Shown piece after piece: positions 35,500-47,702 of a DNA stretch of 64,000 nt. Position numbers and translations under genes: made by a program. The DNA is from Sminthopsis crassicaudata (Eukaryota), in assembly GCF_048593235.1 (NCBI RefSeq), contig NC_133618.1, positions 35,808,478 to 35,872,477 of the forward strand, read 5' to 3'. The stretch's first letter is position 1. Each line of letters starts with the position of its first letter. The notes under the pieces were generated by a model. It was not told where the DNA came from. It saw nothing but the letters and a program-made list of their open reading frames with translations, and searched no databases.

Positions 35500-37179
35500 T
35501 GGAAGTGGATTTCTTCAACATAGAGAAGAGCTAATCCAATTCCAATTGATTAATGATGGACAGAACCAGCTACATCCAGAAAAGGAACACTGGGAAATGA
35601 ATGTAAACTGTTATTTTTACCTTCTGAATCCAATTCTTCCTGTGCAACAAAAAAATTCGGTTCTACACACATATATTGTATCTAGAATATACTGTAATAT
35701 ATTTAACATATATAAGACTGCTTGCCATCTGGGGGAGGGGGTTGGGGGAGGAAGGGAAAAAATCTGAATAGAAGTAAGTGCAAGGGATAATGTTGTAAAA
35801 ATTACCCATGCATATGTACTGTCAAAAAAATGTTATAATTATAAAATAAAATTAAAATTTAAAAAAATGATGGAAAATCATAAACAGAATGAGCAAGATC
35901 ATCATGTTTCCAGAGGATCAATGATGAAGTGTTCCACCCCTCCTGACAGAGAAGTCATAGACATGAGGGGCAGAGACTTGTATTTCAGGGCAAAGTTACT
36001 CTGTGGATTCATTTTGTTTGATTGTTTATTTCTTACAAGGCTATTGTTTTTTTTTTCCTCATTCATTCTCTCAGTTTTAATTGATGGTGAACAGTGAGAC
36101 AGATCAGAAGCAAATAGGTTTAGCAATAGTGATGAAAAACTGGGGAAATAACATTTTAAAAAATACCCTGAAAAGAAAAGGAGGCACTTTGCAGTGGAGT
36201 AAAGAAACACAGGAGATTTAAGAAATGAAATATATGATTATCATCTACTTTTTTAAGTCAAAGTGTATGAAATGGAGAATCAGATTTTCATGCAGATTAC
36301 TTTGTTGTATGTTCTGTTGGGATGAATGGAAATGTTCTTTATGGTTAAGGTTTTAATTATTTTTTTTGAAAGCATGCCCCCCTGTACATGGTGAAAGAGC
36401 TTCCATTAATTTCAATTCTTCCTTTGTCTACCAGGTCTCACATTCAAAGAGGGTCACTCAGGTACTGGTGGAATCATGAACACTTTTAGCTTTAAATCAC
36501 ACTTCTCTTCCAAATTCTGTGTGTACTTACCCAGACATTTCCATTTAGTCCTTTCTCCCTGAAGACATGGGATTATTCTCTATGGAGAGGATATGTTTTA
36601 TGTGGAATGTTATTTTTTGCAAATAAGATGTATAAATAATTCTCTATGCCATGATATGACTACTTTATTTAATTTGAGTTAATTATATAGATAGATTTCC
36701 TTTTTAAGGCTTTTTGTTTTCAAAGTATATGCATCGATAATTTTCAGTGTTCATATTTGCAAAACTTTTGTTTTCCAATTTTTCCCTCCCTTGGCTTAGT
36801 TCCTCCCCTAAATAGCAAGTTATCTATTATAACTGCATATGTAATGTTAAAATGTTTATATTAATTCACAAACAGATCCCAGCTTATGCTACTCAGTAAG
36901 ATCCCTTTTAAAGACAAAAACCGAAATTAGAAAGAGGGAACAATATTTATAAGTAGTTTTTTTTTTTTTCAGCAAGATGTAGATGTATCCATAATTTGCA
37001 CATCATAATGACTTTATTTTGACTTAAATTTATAAATATCTTTTATTTTTACGTTGAATTACATGTATATCTCTATTTTAGTCTTCTACTCAAAGGACTA
37101 AGACAAATAATAAAAAATAACAAGGAGTGAGGAAGAGTCCAGTAAAACCCACAAGTAAATTAACATAATACAACAAGGA

Positions 37180-37950
37180 ATTCTTAAGAAGGGGAAGAAT
37201 ACAGAATCATCCAGAATATAAGCTCAAAATATGTCAGGTGGCAAAAGAATGGGGCAACTATTGGATTATCTATAGACTCCACTGTGTCCATATGATGTGC
37301 AGAAAAATAGAGAAAGGCTCCATTGGCTTAGAGCCCTTTCAGTGAATTTAGAAGGATAAAAGGGGTCTCACAGCATGGGCATGTATGGCTGAGTGGGAAT
37401 TTCCCCAGCTGGAAGGACCAGTCACTGTCTGATAAGAGTATGACAGAACAGTGTTCTATGTTAGAGAAACCACAAATAAACACAGTCCAACAAACTAAAT
37501 CCTCAGAATAGCCATGTCTGACATGTATGTGTGTCTCTGTTCTCTAAGTCTATCTCTTCTCTGTCAGGAGGTGGATAATTCTTGTTTAGGTCTCAAGTTG
37601 TTCTAGAGCTCCCCTGAAATCCTGCTTTCCCTGCTAGGTGCCCCATGGGAAAAGACCTGGGGCAGGCTGGTGATCAGGCAGAGGGAGGATGGGGAAGAGA
37701 GAAGAGGCCAAGAGACAGGAAGGTCACCTAAAGGAATTAGGGAGCTAAGCTTGGAGGAGGAGCAACATGGGGCATGAAGTACCCGCTTCCAAGGCTTCAA
37801 AGGGCTGTGACAAGGATGGAGGTGAGACTTGTTCTGTCAGATACCAAAGCCCAGAAATGAGAGCAAAGGGTGGAAGGGGTGGAGAGGCTGGGTTTAGATT
37901 TAAGCTAAGAAGAGACGCCTTGGCAATGAGAACTATGCAGAAATACAATT
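37180..37950. repeat. Cassette tail block downstream of V6
   Basis: Closest to the block at 51230-52160. Confidence 0.75.
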
Positions 37951-38509
37951 GATGATCCATTCCTAGGGGCAATAGTCATAAGAATAATAGCTAATATTCC
38001 TCAGAGGTTAGTAAATGCCAGGCACAGTGCTAGGCACTTTACAATCATGATCTCCCTTGATTCTCTCAACAATCCTACAAGACTGAGATAAAGGTCAAGT
38101 GACTTGTCCAGAATCACACAACTGAAAAGGATCTCAGACTGCAATGGCATTCAGGTCTTCCTGACAATGTGGCTCTATCCACTGCATCAATGTGCTCCCT
38201 TGGGAGCACCCATACTATATTTCTTCTAGAAAATGCTACAAGAACACTATTTGAAGATTTGGAAAGAGGATAGAAGATCACATATGGGTTAGACAAACCC
38301 TACTTTAGGATGGGAATTAATTATGTGGATTGTATCACCTCATGACTCTTGGCAGGGAAAGGAATCAAGATCAAAACTCACAGCTATGGCATCATCCTCT
38401 GAGACCTGGAAACCTACCCTGCAGGCAGTGCAGACATGCTGCCCAGTCCCAGCTGAGAGGAAGGAGAAGACCCTGAGATACTGATGCCTGTTTGAGCAGC
38501 TACTAGGCA

Positions 38510-38537
38510 AGTTTTTGTTCGGGGCTGTATCACTGTG
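38510..38537 (-). other. 12-RSS of V6: CACAGTG-12-ACAAAAACT
   Basis: Last nonamer base C>T. Confidence 0.93.
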
Positions 38538-39044
38538 GGAGGCCACCTATAGTCCTGCTGACAGTAATAGACTGCAGCGTCCTCAGTCTCCACTCTGCTG
38601 ATTGTGAGGGAGTAATCTGTCCCAGAGCCACTGCCACTGAACCGGGCAGGGACTCCAGTGAGCAGCCTGTCTGTATAATAAATTAGGGGCTTGGGAGCCT
38701 CCCCTGGCTTCTGTTGGTACCAATTTAATTCTTTACTAACATCTGAGCTGGTCTTGCAGTTAATGGTGACCCTCTCTCCTGGAGACACTGACAAAAATTC
38801 TGGAGTCTGAGTCACCACAATGGCCCCCCTGGAACCTGGAATAAAAAAGAAAAGACAGAACTTGATCCATATAATTTTCAATTCATAATGATCAAGCAGA
38901 GGAAAATAGACCAAATTTCCTTCTCCCTCCTAACCTTCCCCAGACATATCCCAGAGATGGCCAGAAAGCAATGGAGCATGTGCAGGATCCCTCACCTGAG
39001 ATCCAGAGCAGCAGAGAGCAGAGGAGCTGAGCCTGGGATCCCAT
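38538..39044 (-). CDS. IGKV: Ig kappa V segment V6 (family II 5' part), open frame; leader exon 39044-38996, V exon 38835-38538
   Basis: [115 protein letters not shown]. Confidence 0.95.
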
Positions 39045-39137
39045 CTCCTCCCCTGGCCTTGAATGCTGCTGAATAGTGATCCCACCCATGATCCCACATT
39101 TATGAGTATAAGCACCTGGGGTGGTCTCTGGGGAAAC

Positions 39138-39147
39138 ATGCAAATCA
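39138..39147 (-). promoter_or_regulatory. V6 canonical decamer TGATTTGCAT
   Basis: ~94 bp upstream of the ATG. Confidence 0.9.
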
Positions 39148-40489
39148 ACAGATGGGGGCAGGAGGAAGTAGAAAGGCACAATGATCTTAAGAACTTTTCT
39201 TTCAAGTAACTGAATTAATTTCATCTCATAAAAGACATGATAATCCTGTCTATTCCTCCAAAATAGTGGTGCCAGACTAATGTCTTCTGTCAGTTGTATA
39301 TTGACTTAATTTGTTATCAACATTTTATTGTAATTTTTGTTAATTATGTTTACTTTTTTAAAAGCTTTTATTCATTTTAAACTTTGATACACAGAAAAAC
39401 AAAAAAGGAACATTTTTATGTATGGGACATGAAAGCACACATGAATACAACATGAATTTCCCTTTCACAGTTTCCTTGTTTTTAAATTATAATAAGCATT
39501 ACACATTGTTTTCAAAGCTATCCTCTTTTTCTGCATTTTCTTCTGACTTTTCCTTTGTTCCCTGTTTTCCACTTTGCATTTTTCTTCTCCTTCCCTTCCC
39601 AACGCATCCTACAGAAAGGTTCCATTAAACTTAAGTATGTGTATGTGAGTGTATATATGTGTCAAACCACAAAAAAAGTATTTCTGTTTGTCAGTTCTTT
39701 ATCAGGATATGGATAACATTTTCCTTTATAGATTCTTTGTTCTCGATATGAGTATTTATAACACTTAAAATGCCTTAGTTCAAAGTTTTCCCTAGAATTC
39801 TATTGCTCTTACAGTGAACAATATCCTCTTGCTTCTGGTTATTTCACTCCATCATTTAAAACAAGTCTTTCAATATTTTTCTAGAAACAATGTGATTCTA
39901 GAAAAATATAGACTTATCATTTCTTATATCACAGTAACTTTTCATCAAAATCTCTATCACAACTCACTGAGCTATCACCAATTGTTAGACATCTCCTCAA
40001 CTTCCAATTCTTTGTCTGCACAAAGACAGCTGCTACTATATTTTTGTATTTAATTTTAAAGTTCTTTTCCTTTTCCCCCTTTTACCTTAGTATACAGATC
40101 TAAGAGAAGGATTGCTGCCTCAAAGTGTCTACACAGTTTTATAACTTCTTGGGAACACTTCCAGATTGCTATCCAAAATTGTTGGATCAGTTTATTGTTC
40201 CACCAGTAGTAAATCAGTGTTCCAATTTTTCCCCATTCCCTGCCCTCCAACATTTGTCATTTCCATTTCTCTCATGTTAGCCAATCTGAAAGGTATTTGC
40301 TGATACCTCAAAGCTGTTTTAATTTGTATTTCTCTTAATCAATACTGAATTAGAACATTTTCTTATATGATTATTGCTTCAATGAAAAAAAATTGCATGT
40401 TCATATCTTTAACAACTTATCAATTTAGGAATTACTTGTATTCTTATGAATTTGATTTTTCCTTCATACTATTTCAGAATGACAAAGGA

Positions 40490-42300
40490 TATGTGCCTAC
40501 AAGGTTATTGTACAGAGAGTACACACAAGATAAGAGCAGAGAGGTAAGTCTAAGCAATATAAGGACACTCTAAAGATCTCTCTGAAGACTTGTACAATCA
40601 ATTGTGAGACATGGACAGGGTCACATGGAAAGGCAGACTACATCAAAGAAGGCATTCTGCTCTATGAGCAAAGCAGTGTGGAGTAGCTCAACTAATGTGA
40701 AATTTGATAATTACCATCAGTGTGGTGGCAGACTTTAATACCACTTTTTCTCCTTATTAAAAGCATCTGATGACATTACTAAAAAAGGATACTACAAAGC
40801 ATGGGAGAACCCAGAGCTACTTCACTCTATTGATGACTGGGAAAGCAGGAGAGTATCATCCATTATCCAGAACCAAGTCAAGAATGCCATCATGAAAATG
40901 GCACACAATATTGATGAACTTCTCTGGTTAACCAGATTATATCATGATCTTTCAGAGGCGCTCATGCCTGACAATACCAAAAACCTTGGTCAGATTGATA
41001 AACATGGTGTACAAACATGTTCTGTTCCTGGCTTTCTTCTGGTAGTGTTGAGCTAAATTGCCCATTTCTTGGCCATTTCTGTAACCACAATTGCTCTCAG
41101 GTAGAAGACCAACTTCCAGAAGAATAATTATCCCATTAAAGAGAATACTGGTGGGAATCTTGTTGACAATGACAAAAAGAGAGCATCCTATTGGCAATCC
41201 CCAATTGTCAGAGAATAACCTAAGAAATTTTCCTTTGTAGAAATGGACAATGGAGGCCATTTAAATTCTTCTTGCCACATAACCTACAACATTTCAGTCA
41301 GCTTTTTTATGAACAGATTACCCCTTGCCTTGTAAATCTCAGCTGGAATAGAATCAGTACCAGATGCTGAACCACAGGAAAGTGTAATTTTGGGATCCTT
41401 ACCTTCAGTTGGAAGTTCAGCTAAAATGAACTTGACTTCAATCTAAGGTCAATAGCTTCAGGCTTAGTCAAAGGCCATTTATTGAGAACACTGGGGAGTG
41501 TTCAACCTATATCTCTAGATTGGTAACTCCTATAGGATGAATATGGCCCCATGAACAATGAGTAATTGAGAGATATGGTAGGTCTTTGGCTGTAAATAGC
41601 TTTCAGGAGGCCACAAAGGCTCTTTGCTTCAATACAGTCAGTGTAAAAGCGAATTACATCCATCTTCTTTGTTTGCCAAGAATCCTGCTTTTTACTTGAA
41701 CTTTAATTTTGATAGAGTTAAACACTCTTTTGTAGAGACACATGACCTATTCTGTCTGTAAACCCTGTGGAATTCTTGTTTCTTATTTAACAGCTTCTGC
41801 ATTTACCCATCATTTTTCTCAAAGCAATATTGATTTTTGGGAGAGTTCTGACCCAGAGGAATAAATGTGGTGCTGTATCTGTGAAAGCTGTCCATTCTAT
41901 TTCTGCTATATTATTGCCATCAATGTGTTGACTTAACTTTCCTTCCAAATTAGCAGCAAACTGTTCTGACTAGAGAAAGAAAGCCTGATCCAACCTGTTG
42001 ACAGTCTTTTGTTAGTAATTTTGCCTTGATGACATCACTTTTGTTTCATGTGACTGTTCAATTTGGAAATAATAACTCTGTGAGAGATCTAGCACTCTGC
42101 ACCCCACGCCATCATTGTTACTCTCACATCCTTACAATGACATAGTCCATAAAATGTCAATATTTACTGCAAATGTGCATCCAGGAAGTTGTATTGGAAG
42201 CTTTTACTTACATAGAACTTATAAGAATTCTGATCAAAACAATTACTAACTGTGATTTGAAGGCATCAAGAAGTCTCAGGTCTAAAAGTGAGACACCTTT
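40490..42300 (-). mobile_element. Degraded RTE-clade LINE (EN-RT part on minus strand; 3' end piece ~40490-40705 on plus strand)
   Basis: ORF 40952-41260 (IVHFYKGK...LPESNCGYRNG...LYTMFINLTKVF) resembles RTE RT (IVHLYKGKG...LPESQCGFRKG...LYTTFVDLTKAF). Confidence 0.75.
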
Positions 42301-42679
42301 CCCCAAGGGCCCTGTTACATTTGAGTAATATATAATGTAGCTCTGAGTTATTTCCCACTGTCTTAATGATGGCTGAGTATAAATTGCTTCCTTGTGCTGT
42401 TGTGAAACTTTAATTATTATGGTTACTTTTTCTTATTTCAACTTAAGTCATTTGAATGTAGACATCTGAAGCCATGAATTTTAGTCTTTGCTACTTTGTA
42501 AATTTTTACTTTTTATTTACTATTCATTCATGTATCCTCTTGTAATCTTTATTTTAGCTACTCTTCAGGATATCTAGCTGAAAGAAAACAAAAGATAGGT
42601 TGTCTTTTTTTCCTGTTGCTTTGTGTAGTTTAAATCTCTTCTGACACTCATCAAATATATTCTTATATGCCTTGTTTAA

Positions 42680-42976
42680 GTATACAGCATCTCTTTCCAA
42701 GAAACTCTCCTCTTCCCCCTCACTCTCACTTCCTTGCTCCCTCATTACCCCTCCATCTTTCTCTCTGTGTATCTCTCTGTCTCTTTCTCTCTCTGTCATT
42801 TGCTCTTTCTCGCTGTTATCTGTCTCTGACTCTTTTTCTTTCTCTGTTTCTCTTTCTGTGTCTGTCTTTCTGTCTCTGTTTCCTTGTCTCTCAGTCTCTA
42901 TGTGTCTCTGTGTGTGTTTTTCTGTTTCTCTCTATATATTTTTCTCCCTCCTTCCCTCCTTCCTTCTTACGCTTCT
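42680..42976. repeat. CT-rich low-complexity tract
   Basis: Visible; abuts a gap. Confidence 0.9.
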
Positions 42977-43209
42977 NNNNNNNNNNNNNNNNNNNNNNNN
43001 NNNNNNNNNNNNNNNNNNNNNNNNNNNNNNNNNNNNNNNNNNNNNNNNNNNNNNNNNNNNNNNNNNNNNNNNNNNNNNNNNNNNNNNNNNNNNNNNNNNN
43101 NNNNNNNNNNNNNNNNNNNNNNNNNNNNNNNNNNNNNNNNNNNNNNNNNNNNNNNNNNNNNNNNNNNNNNNNNNNNNNNNNNNNNNNNNNNNNNNNNNNN
43201 NNNNNNNNN
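42977..43209. other. Assembly gap (233 N)
   Basis: N run. Confidence 1.
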
Positions 43210-44449
43210 TGAATGCATTATTAAAGATTGACACACACTTGGCTCAGGCAAGCATGTAATCTCTCAATGTTGGTTCTTTCTATCACTTTTTTCTCTATAT
43301 CTCGCTTTTCATTTTTCCTCTGCTTTCTCTTCCCAAAATACTAAGAAGGGTAAATGTATCCATTTTCTATCCAAATCATGCATACACACATATACACACA
43401 CTAACTACAAACTTGGGGATTTGTATGGTGTTCTTTAAATCCTTTCACCTTCTTCTCTAAGGAGGGAGATCAGCCTGTAACTTGAAAAGAAAAAACAGTC
43501 ACTAAGCTGTGGTAGAAACACAAATTTTACCCATTCCATGGAAATAACTACCCAACTTTCCTTATTTACCTATATGGGGTATAGATATCTCAATCCAAAC
43601 TTAAAAACTTTTATAAAAATTGTATCTTCTTTATAACTTGACAACTTAACTCACCACATTTGTTCTTATCAAATGCACATTTAGATACTATCTTCCCTGT
43701 TTCTTTTTTGTAGACAGTCCCACTAACATTAAAATTGCCCAATCTTATTTGTCTCTTTCCCTTTCAGACTAATGGGAGAAGGGTTGAGTGGCAGTGAGTA
43801 AGAAAAATGAATCAATCAAACCTGTAATATAATTTTTTAAATTTTCTATGATTTTCTGTGCTAACTCAATAAACTATACGGCCTTTAATAATAACACATT
43901 TCAATTCTCTGATCTTGAAGGATTATTTACTAATGGAATGAAATGAGTTTGTCAAATAGGGGCTTGAGAAATTGAAGAAAGATTTTACATTTGTCTAATT
44001 TGGGGATATGTTCATGTAATACTGGTAGACTTAAGATGAATCTGAAGTGACCTGAATTACTGGTTCAGAAGAAGTACTTGTGCTGTGAAATGAATGGAGT
44101 AGATTTTTAGTATGTATCTGGACCAGGATCTTGTGGCCAATCATATACTATACCAGCTCAGCTGGTTAACTGTTGCTAGAACAATGAAGGCATAATATTT
44201 TCCAGATGGAAACAGGGGAATGGGACAGGAATTACTATATTTAATATCAGGTGCACCTTTTACTACTAGAACTCACCAATAATACCTTCATTACATAAAT
44301 TAGCATCATAACTCTAGCTCAGGAAAGGATCTCAGGGCCATTGTGACCCAAGCTTTCACATTGTTCCTGCTTCCTTACTTCTGATGAATTATTTCTGTTT
44401 AAGTATTGATTATTCTATTCACTTCTTTTATTTTTAGTTCCCCAGATCA

Positions 44450-45400
44450 AGCTTGATCATTCCAGGGATGAAGCATTCGGTTTTATTTTGCTGTTTTCTT
44501 TTTTTTTTTTTTTCCATTTACATCATTGACGTCCTTATATATCATGCTTTCCTAGTGGTACTTAGAGAAGTTAGTGGAGAGGCATGTGGTAACAAAGGAC
44601 ACATGGGAAGAAATAATTCATAAAATGGAAAGAATAATGCACATCATGCAAAATGGAGGCTCATAGGTGTAGGAAGTGGCAAGAGAATGGGACAACTGCT
44701 GGATGATCCATCTGCTCAGTTGTATCCTGATGATGTCCAGAAGCATGGAGAAAAGCCCCACTGGTTTGAGTGGAGTCTTCCCAGAGAATTTAGGAATGAC
44801 AAAGGGGAACTCATAGCCATACATGGCAAAGTTCTCATCTGCAGAGCTGGAAGCCCCAGACTTTAGAGAGTGTCTAACAGTCTGTGATGATTTCTTGGTG
44901 TTCTGTCTTAATAAAATCGCAGATAAACAAAATCCAATAAACTAAATCCACAGAATAGTCATTCCTGACATGTGTGTCTCTGTCTTCTGTGCCCATCCCT
45001 TCCCTGTCAGGAGCTGGGCGATTCCCTCCTAGGTTCCAAGTTGTTCTAGGCTTGTCCTGGTCAGAGCTCTCTTGGAATCCTGCTTTCGTTCCTGAGTATT
45101 CCATGGGAGAATGGTCTAAGGCAGGCTGGTGTCCAGGCAGAGGGAGGCAGCCAGGATGGGAAGGGCCAGAGGCCCAGAGAAAAGAATGTTGTCTGAGGCA
45201 AAAGACAGGGAGGCTGAGCTTGGGGGAGGACCAACATGGGACACTTTACAAGCAAGAATCCAAAGGAACGTTACAAGGATGGGGGTGAGACTTGCTCTAT
45301 ACCAAAGCTCAGAAAGGTGAACAGAGAGTGAAGGTGCAGAGAGGCCAAGTTTAGACTGAACCTAAGAATAGACTCCCTGCAGTGAGAACTATGTAAAAAT
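44450..45400. repeat. Cassette tail block downstream of V7 (V5 paralog 23506-24320)
   Basis: Homologous to 7250-8230. Confidence 0.75.
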
Positions 45401-45810
45401 CTAGGTAATTGATGATACTGGAGGGAGTAATAACTGCATTTCAATTCAATCTTCCTGACAACATGACTATTCAGCAGAGTTTCGAACTCCCTCCAGGGGA
45501 ACTGCCAGTTCCCCTGCACTAGAGGTCCCCAAAGAAAGGCAATAAGAACACTTGGGGAGGATTTGGAAGAGAAATCTTCTCAGGTGTGGGTTAGAGAAAC
45601 CCACCTTTGGGCATCATCGAATTATTTGTATTGTGTCATTCCATGGTTCTTGGGTGGGAAAGAAGTCAAGGTCAGACCTCATCACAGTCCCAGCATCTTC
45701 CTCTGAGACCTAGAAACTTCCCCCCAGGAGCCCAGACAAGCTGCCCCCTTCTGGCTGAGGGGAAGAAGAGGCCCCTGGGACACTGATGCCCCCTCAGCAA
45801 CTGCAGGACA

Positions 45811-45838
45811 GGTTTTTGTTCAGAGCTGTATCACTGTG
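45811..45838 (-). other. Canonical 12-RSS of V7
   Basis: Identical to the V5 RSS. Confidence 0.97.
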
Positions 45839-46411
45839 GGAGGATTGCTCCTACTCTGCCCACAGTAATAGACTGCAGTGTCCTCAGCCTCCATGTTGCT
45901 GATTGTGAGGGAGAAATCTGTCCCAGAGCCACTGCCACTGAACCGGGCAGGGACTCCAGGCAGGAGGGTGGAAGCATATCTGATGATGTATTTAGGAGCC
46001 TGGCCTGGTTTCTGTTGGTACCAGTGTATGCTGGTGCTAATATCTTCACTGGCCTTGCAGGACATGGTGACTCTCTCTCCTGGAGAGCCAGCCAGGGAGG
46101 CTGGAGACTGGGTCAGCACAATGGCCCCTCGAGCATCTGGAATCACAAACACAAGAGAAACAGTGAGAACAACGCCAGGCCATATTCACAAAAAGAGAAA
46201 TGTCTCTGACTATGAATGAAAGCTTTAGGAGCTGGGTCCTGCCCCCATGATCTCAGCACACAGCCATATTTTCTCTCTAATGCTCAGAATCCCACCCCTT
46301 TCCCATTTTCCCCAGAGCAATAAAAGATAGCATTGTCTGTGTTCTTCCTCACAAACCTGGGATCCAGAGCAATAGGACAAGGAGCATCTGAGCCTGGGAC
46401 CCCATGTCCAT
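45839..46411 (-). CDS. IGKV: Ig kappa V segment V7 (family I, near-copy of V5), open frame; leader exon 46411-46357, V exon 46136-45839
   Basis: [30 protein letters not shown]...[20 protein letters not shown]; the donor is the weak GTTTGT. Confidence 0.9.
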
Positions 46412-46455
46412 GTGCCTGAGCTCTGAGCTGCCCAGCACCTTCCTCCCCAGCTGCC

Positions 46456-46510
46456 TTTTTATAGCTGTCTCAGCAGGGAGCTTCCTGTGCTGGGAGTGAG
46501 CCATGCAAAA
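46456..46510 (-). promoter_or_regulatory. V7 promoter: TATAAAAA plus TTTTGCAT
   Basis: 46463-46456 and 46510-46503. Confidence 0.8.
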
Positions 46511-47135
46511 CAGCCCAGGGAGGGAGGCTTCTGCTCAGAGGTAGGCTTAATGATGCTTCCTGACTAGTCCAGAAGTCTGAACTGTATCAGGGCAGCAGTC
46601 CCCTTCTGGGACCCTGGGATGGGGATGTCCCGGGGTGGGGGTAGATCTTATTCTGTCTCCATGAGCCTGAAATTATCAAAATTTCCAAGAAAACTCATGG
46701 TACCATCCTGAAGAGATTAACATATGTGAGCAGTCACTTCAAATGGGGTCACCCTGCCTTGTAGCCTGAATCACCCACTCCCCCTCCCATCACTCATAAT
46801 TCTTGTGAGATTCCCCACCAGTTCATAGGAATTACTACATGTGACTGTCAGGAAGAACTTTGTCAGCATTCAAGTCAGTATAACAGAAGGGAGCCATTTC
46901 CTAGTGCTGATATATATATATATAATATTGCATTTTCCCTCCCACAGTACATAACTGGCAGAGCCACTGAAGGAAGTCCCTGCTACCAAAGTCCTTGGAA
47001 ATGTCAGCTGCTTCAGCACCGAAATTGATGAAATTTGATTAGAAGAAAAAGCATGAATGAAAAGAAATTACCATCACTTTTTTCTATACTTGGAGACCTA
47101 AAGGACCTTTCCCTCCAACCTGCAGCTGAAATCTC

Positions 47136-47702
47136 TGTGAGGGATAAAAACCCTCACCCCAAAATGACTACTCAGAGACCTCTAGGAGCAAAAAGCAGAA
47201 AAGTTGGTGTTTATTAATAAATTCTCATGAGAATGAGCAATTCCACCATGAGAAGGGAAAGAGAGGAAGCTTGCGGTAGAACAGCTAAAGAAGTAGGAAA
47301 GATATACTCTTTTTAGAGGTTCTGTTACAAAGCGTTACATCATAGGTTGGGGAGCATTAAGAAACAGGTGCCCTCTCCCCTTAATTGAAGATTAGACATT
47401 GGTGCCAAAAACAGATTTGACCGGAATGCTTTCAGTTTCCCTGCTTCCAAGAGGAACCAGCCATCACACCTTCAAAATTCAGATTACTAAACTAGCAGAA
47501 TAGTCTAAATATTGACAGCATTGAACAGTGATAAATGTCATCATATCAGGTTAAGTAAAGATACCTAAAGTTTAAATTAATATTGGCTAATGCACAACAA
47601 ACTTATGTAGGTCACAGAGACATAGAAATAATGGAAAAATAAAATACAGAAAAGGAATTTCAACATTTCTGGAAGTTCTTCACCTTATCTCTATTCCCCA
47701 CA
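47136..47702 (-). mobile_element. Solo LTR (567 bp, TSD TCTC) upstream of V7
   Basis: Paralog of 26160-27133 without the nested LTR. Confidence 0.8.

Larger units (their letters stand above)
29434..35860 (+). mobile_element. Full-length L1 (~6.4 kb) with 13-bp TSD AAAAAAATGATGG
   Basis: TSD 29421-29433 and 35861-35873; 5' end gacttccggccaagatggcg; ORF1, ~455-bp spacer, ORF2, 3'UTR, A-rich tail; empty paralogous site at ~49936-49947. Confidence 0.97.
23506..38400. repeat. Segmental duplication copy A (~8 kb once the L1 and inner LTR are removed); paralog ~44575-52650
   Basis: Collinear similarity through tail block, V5, promoter, LTR, L2 and the tail of V6. Confidence 0.85.
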
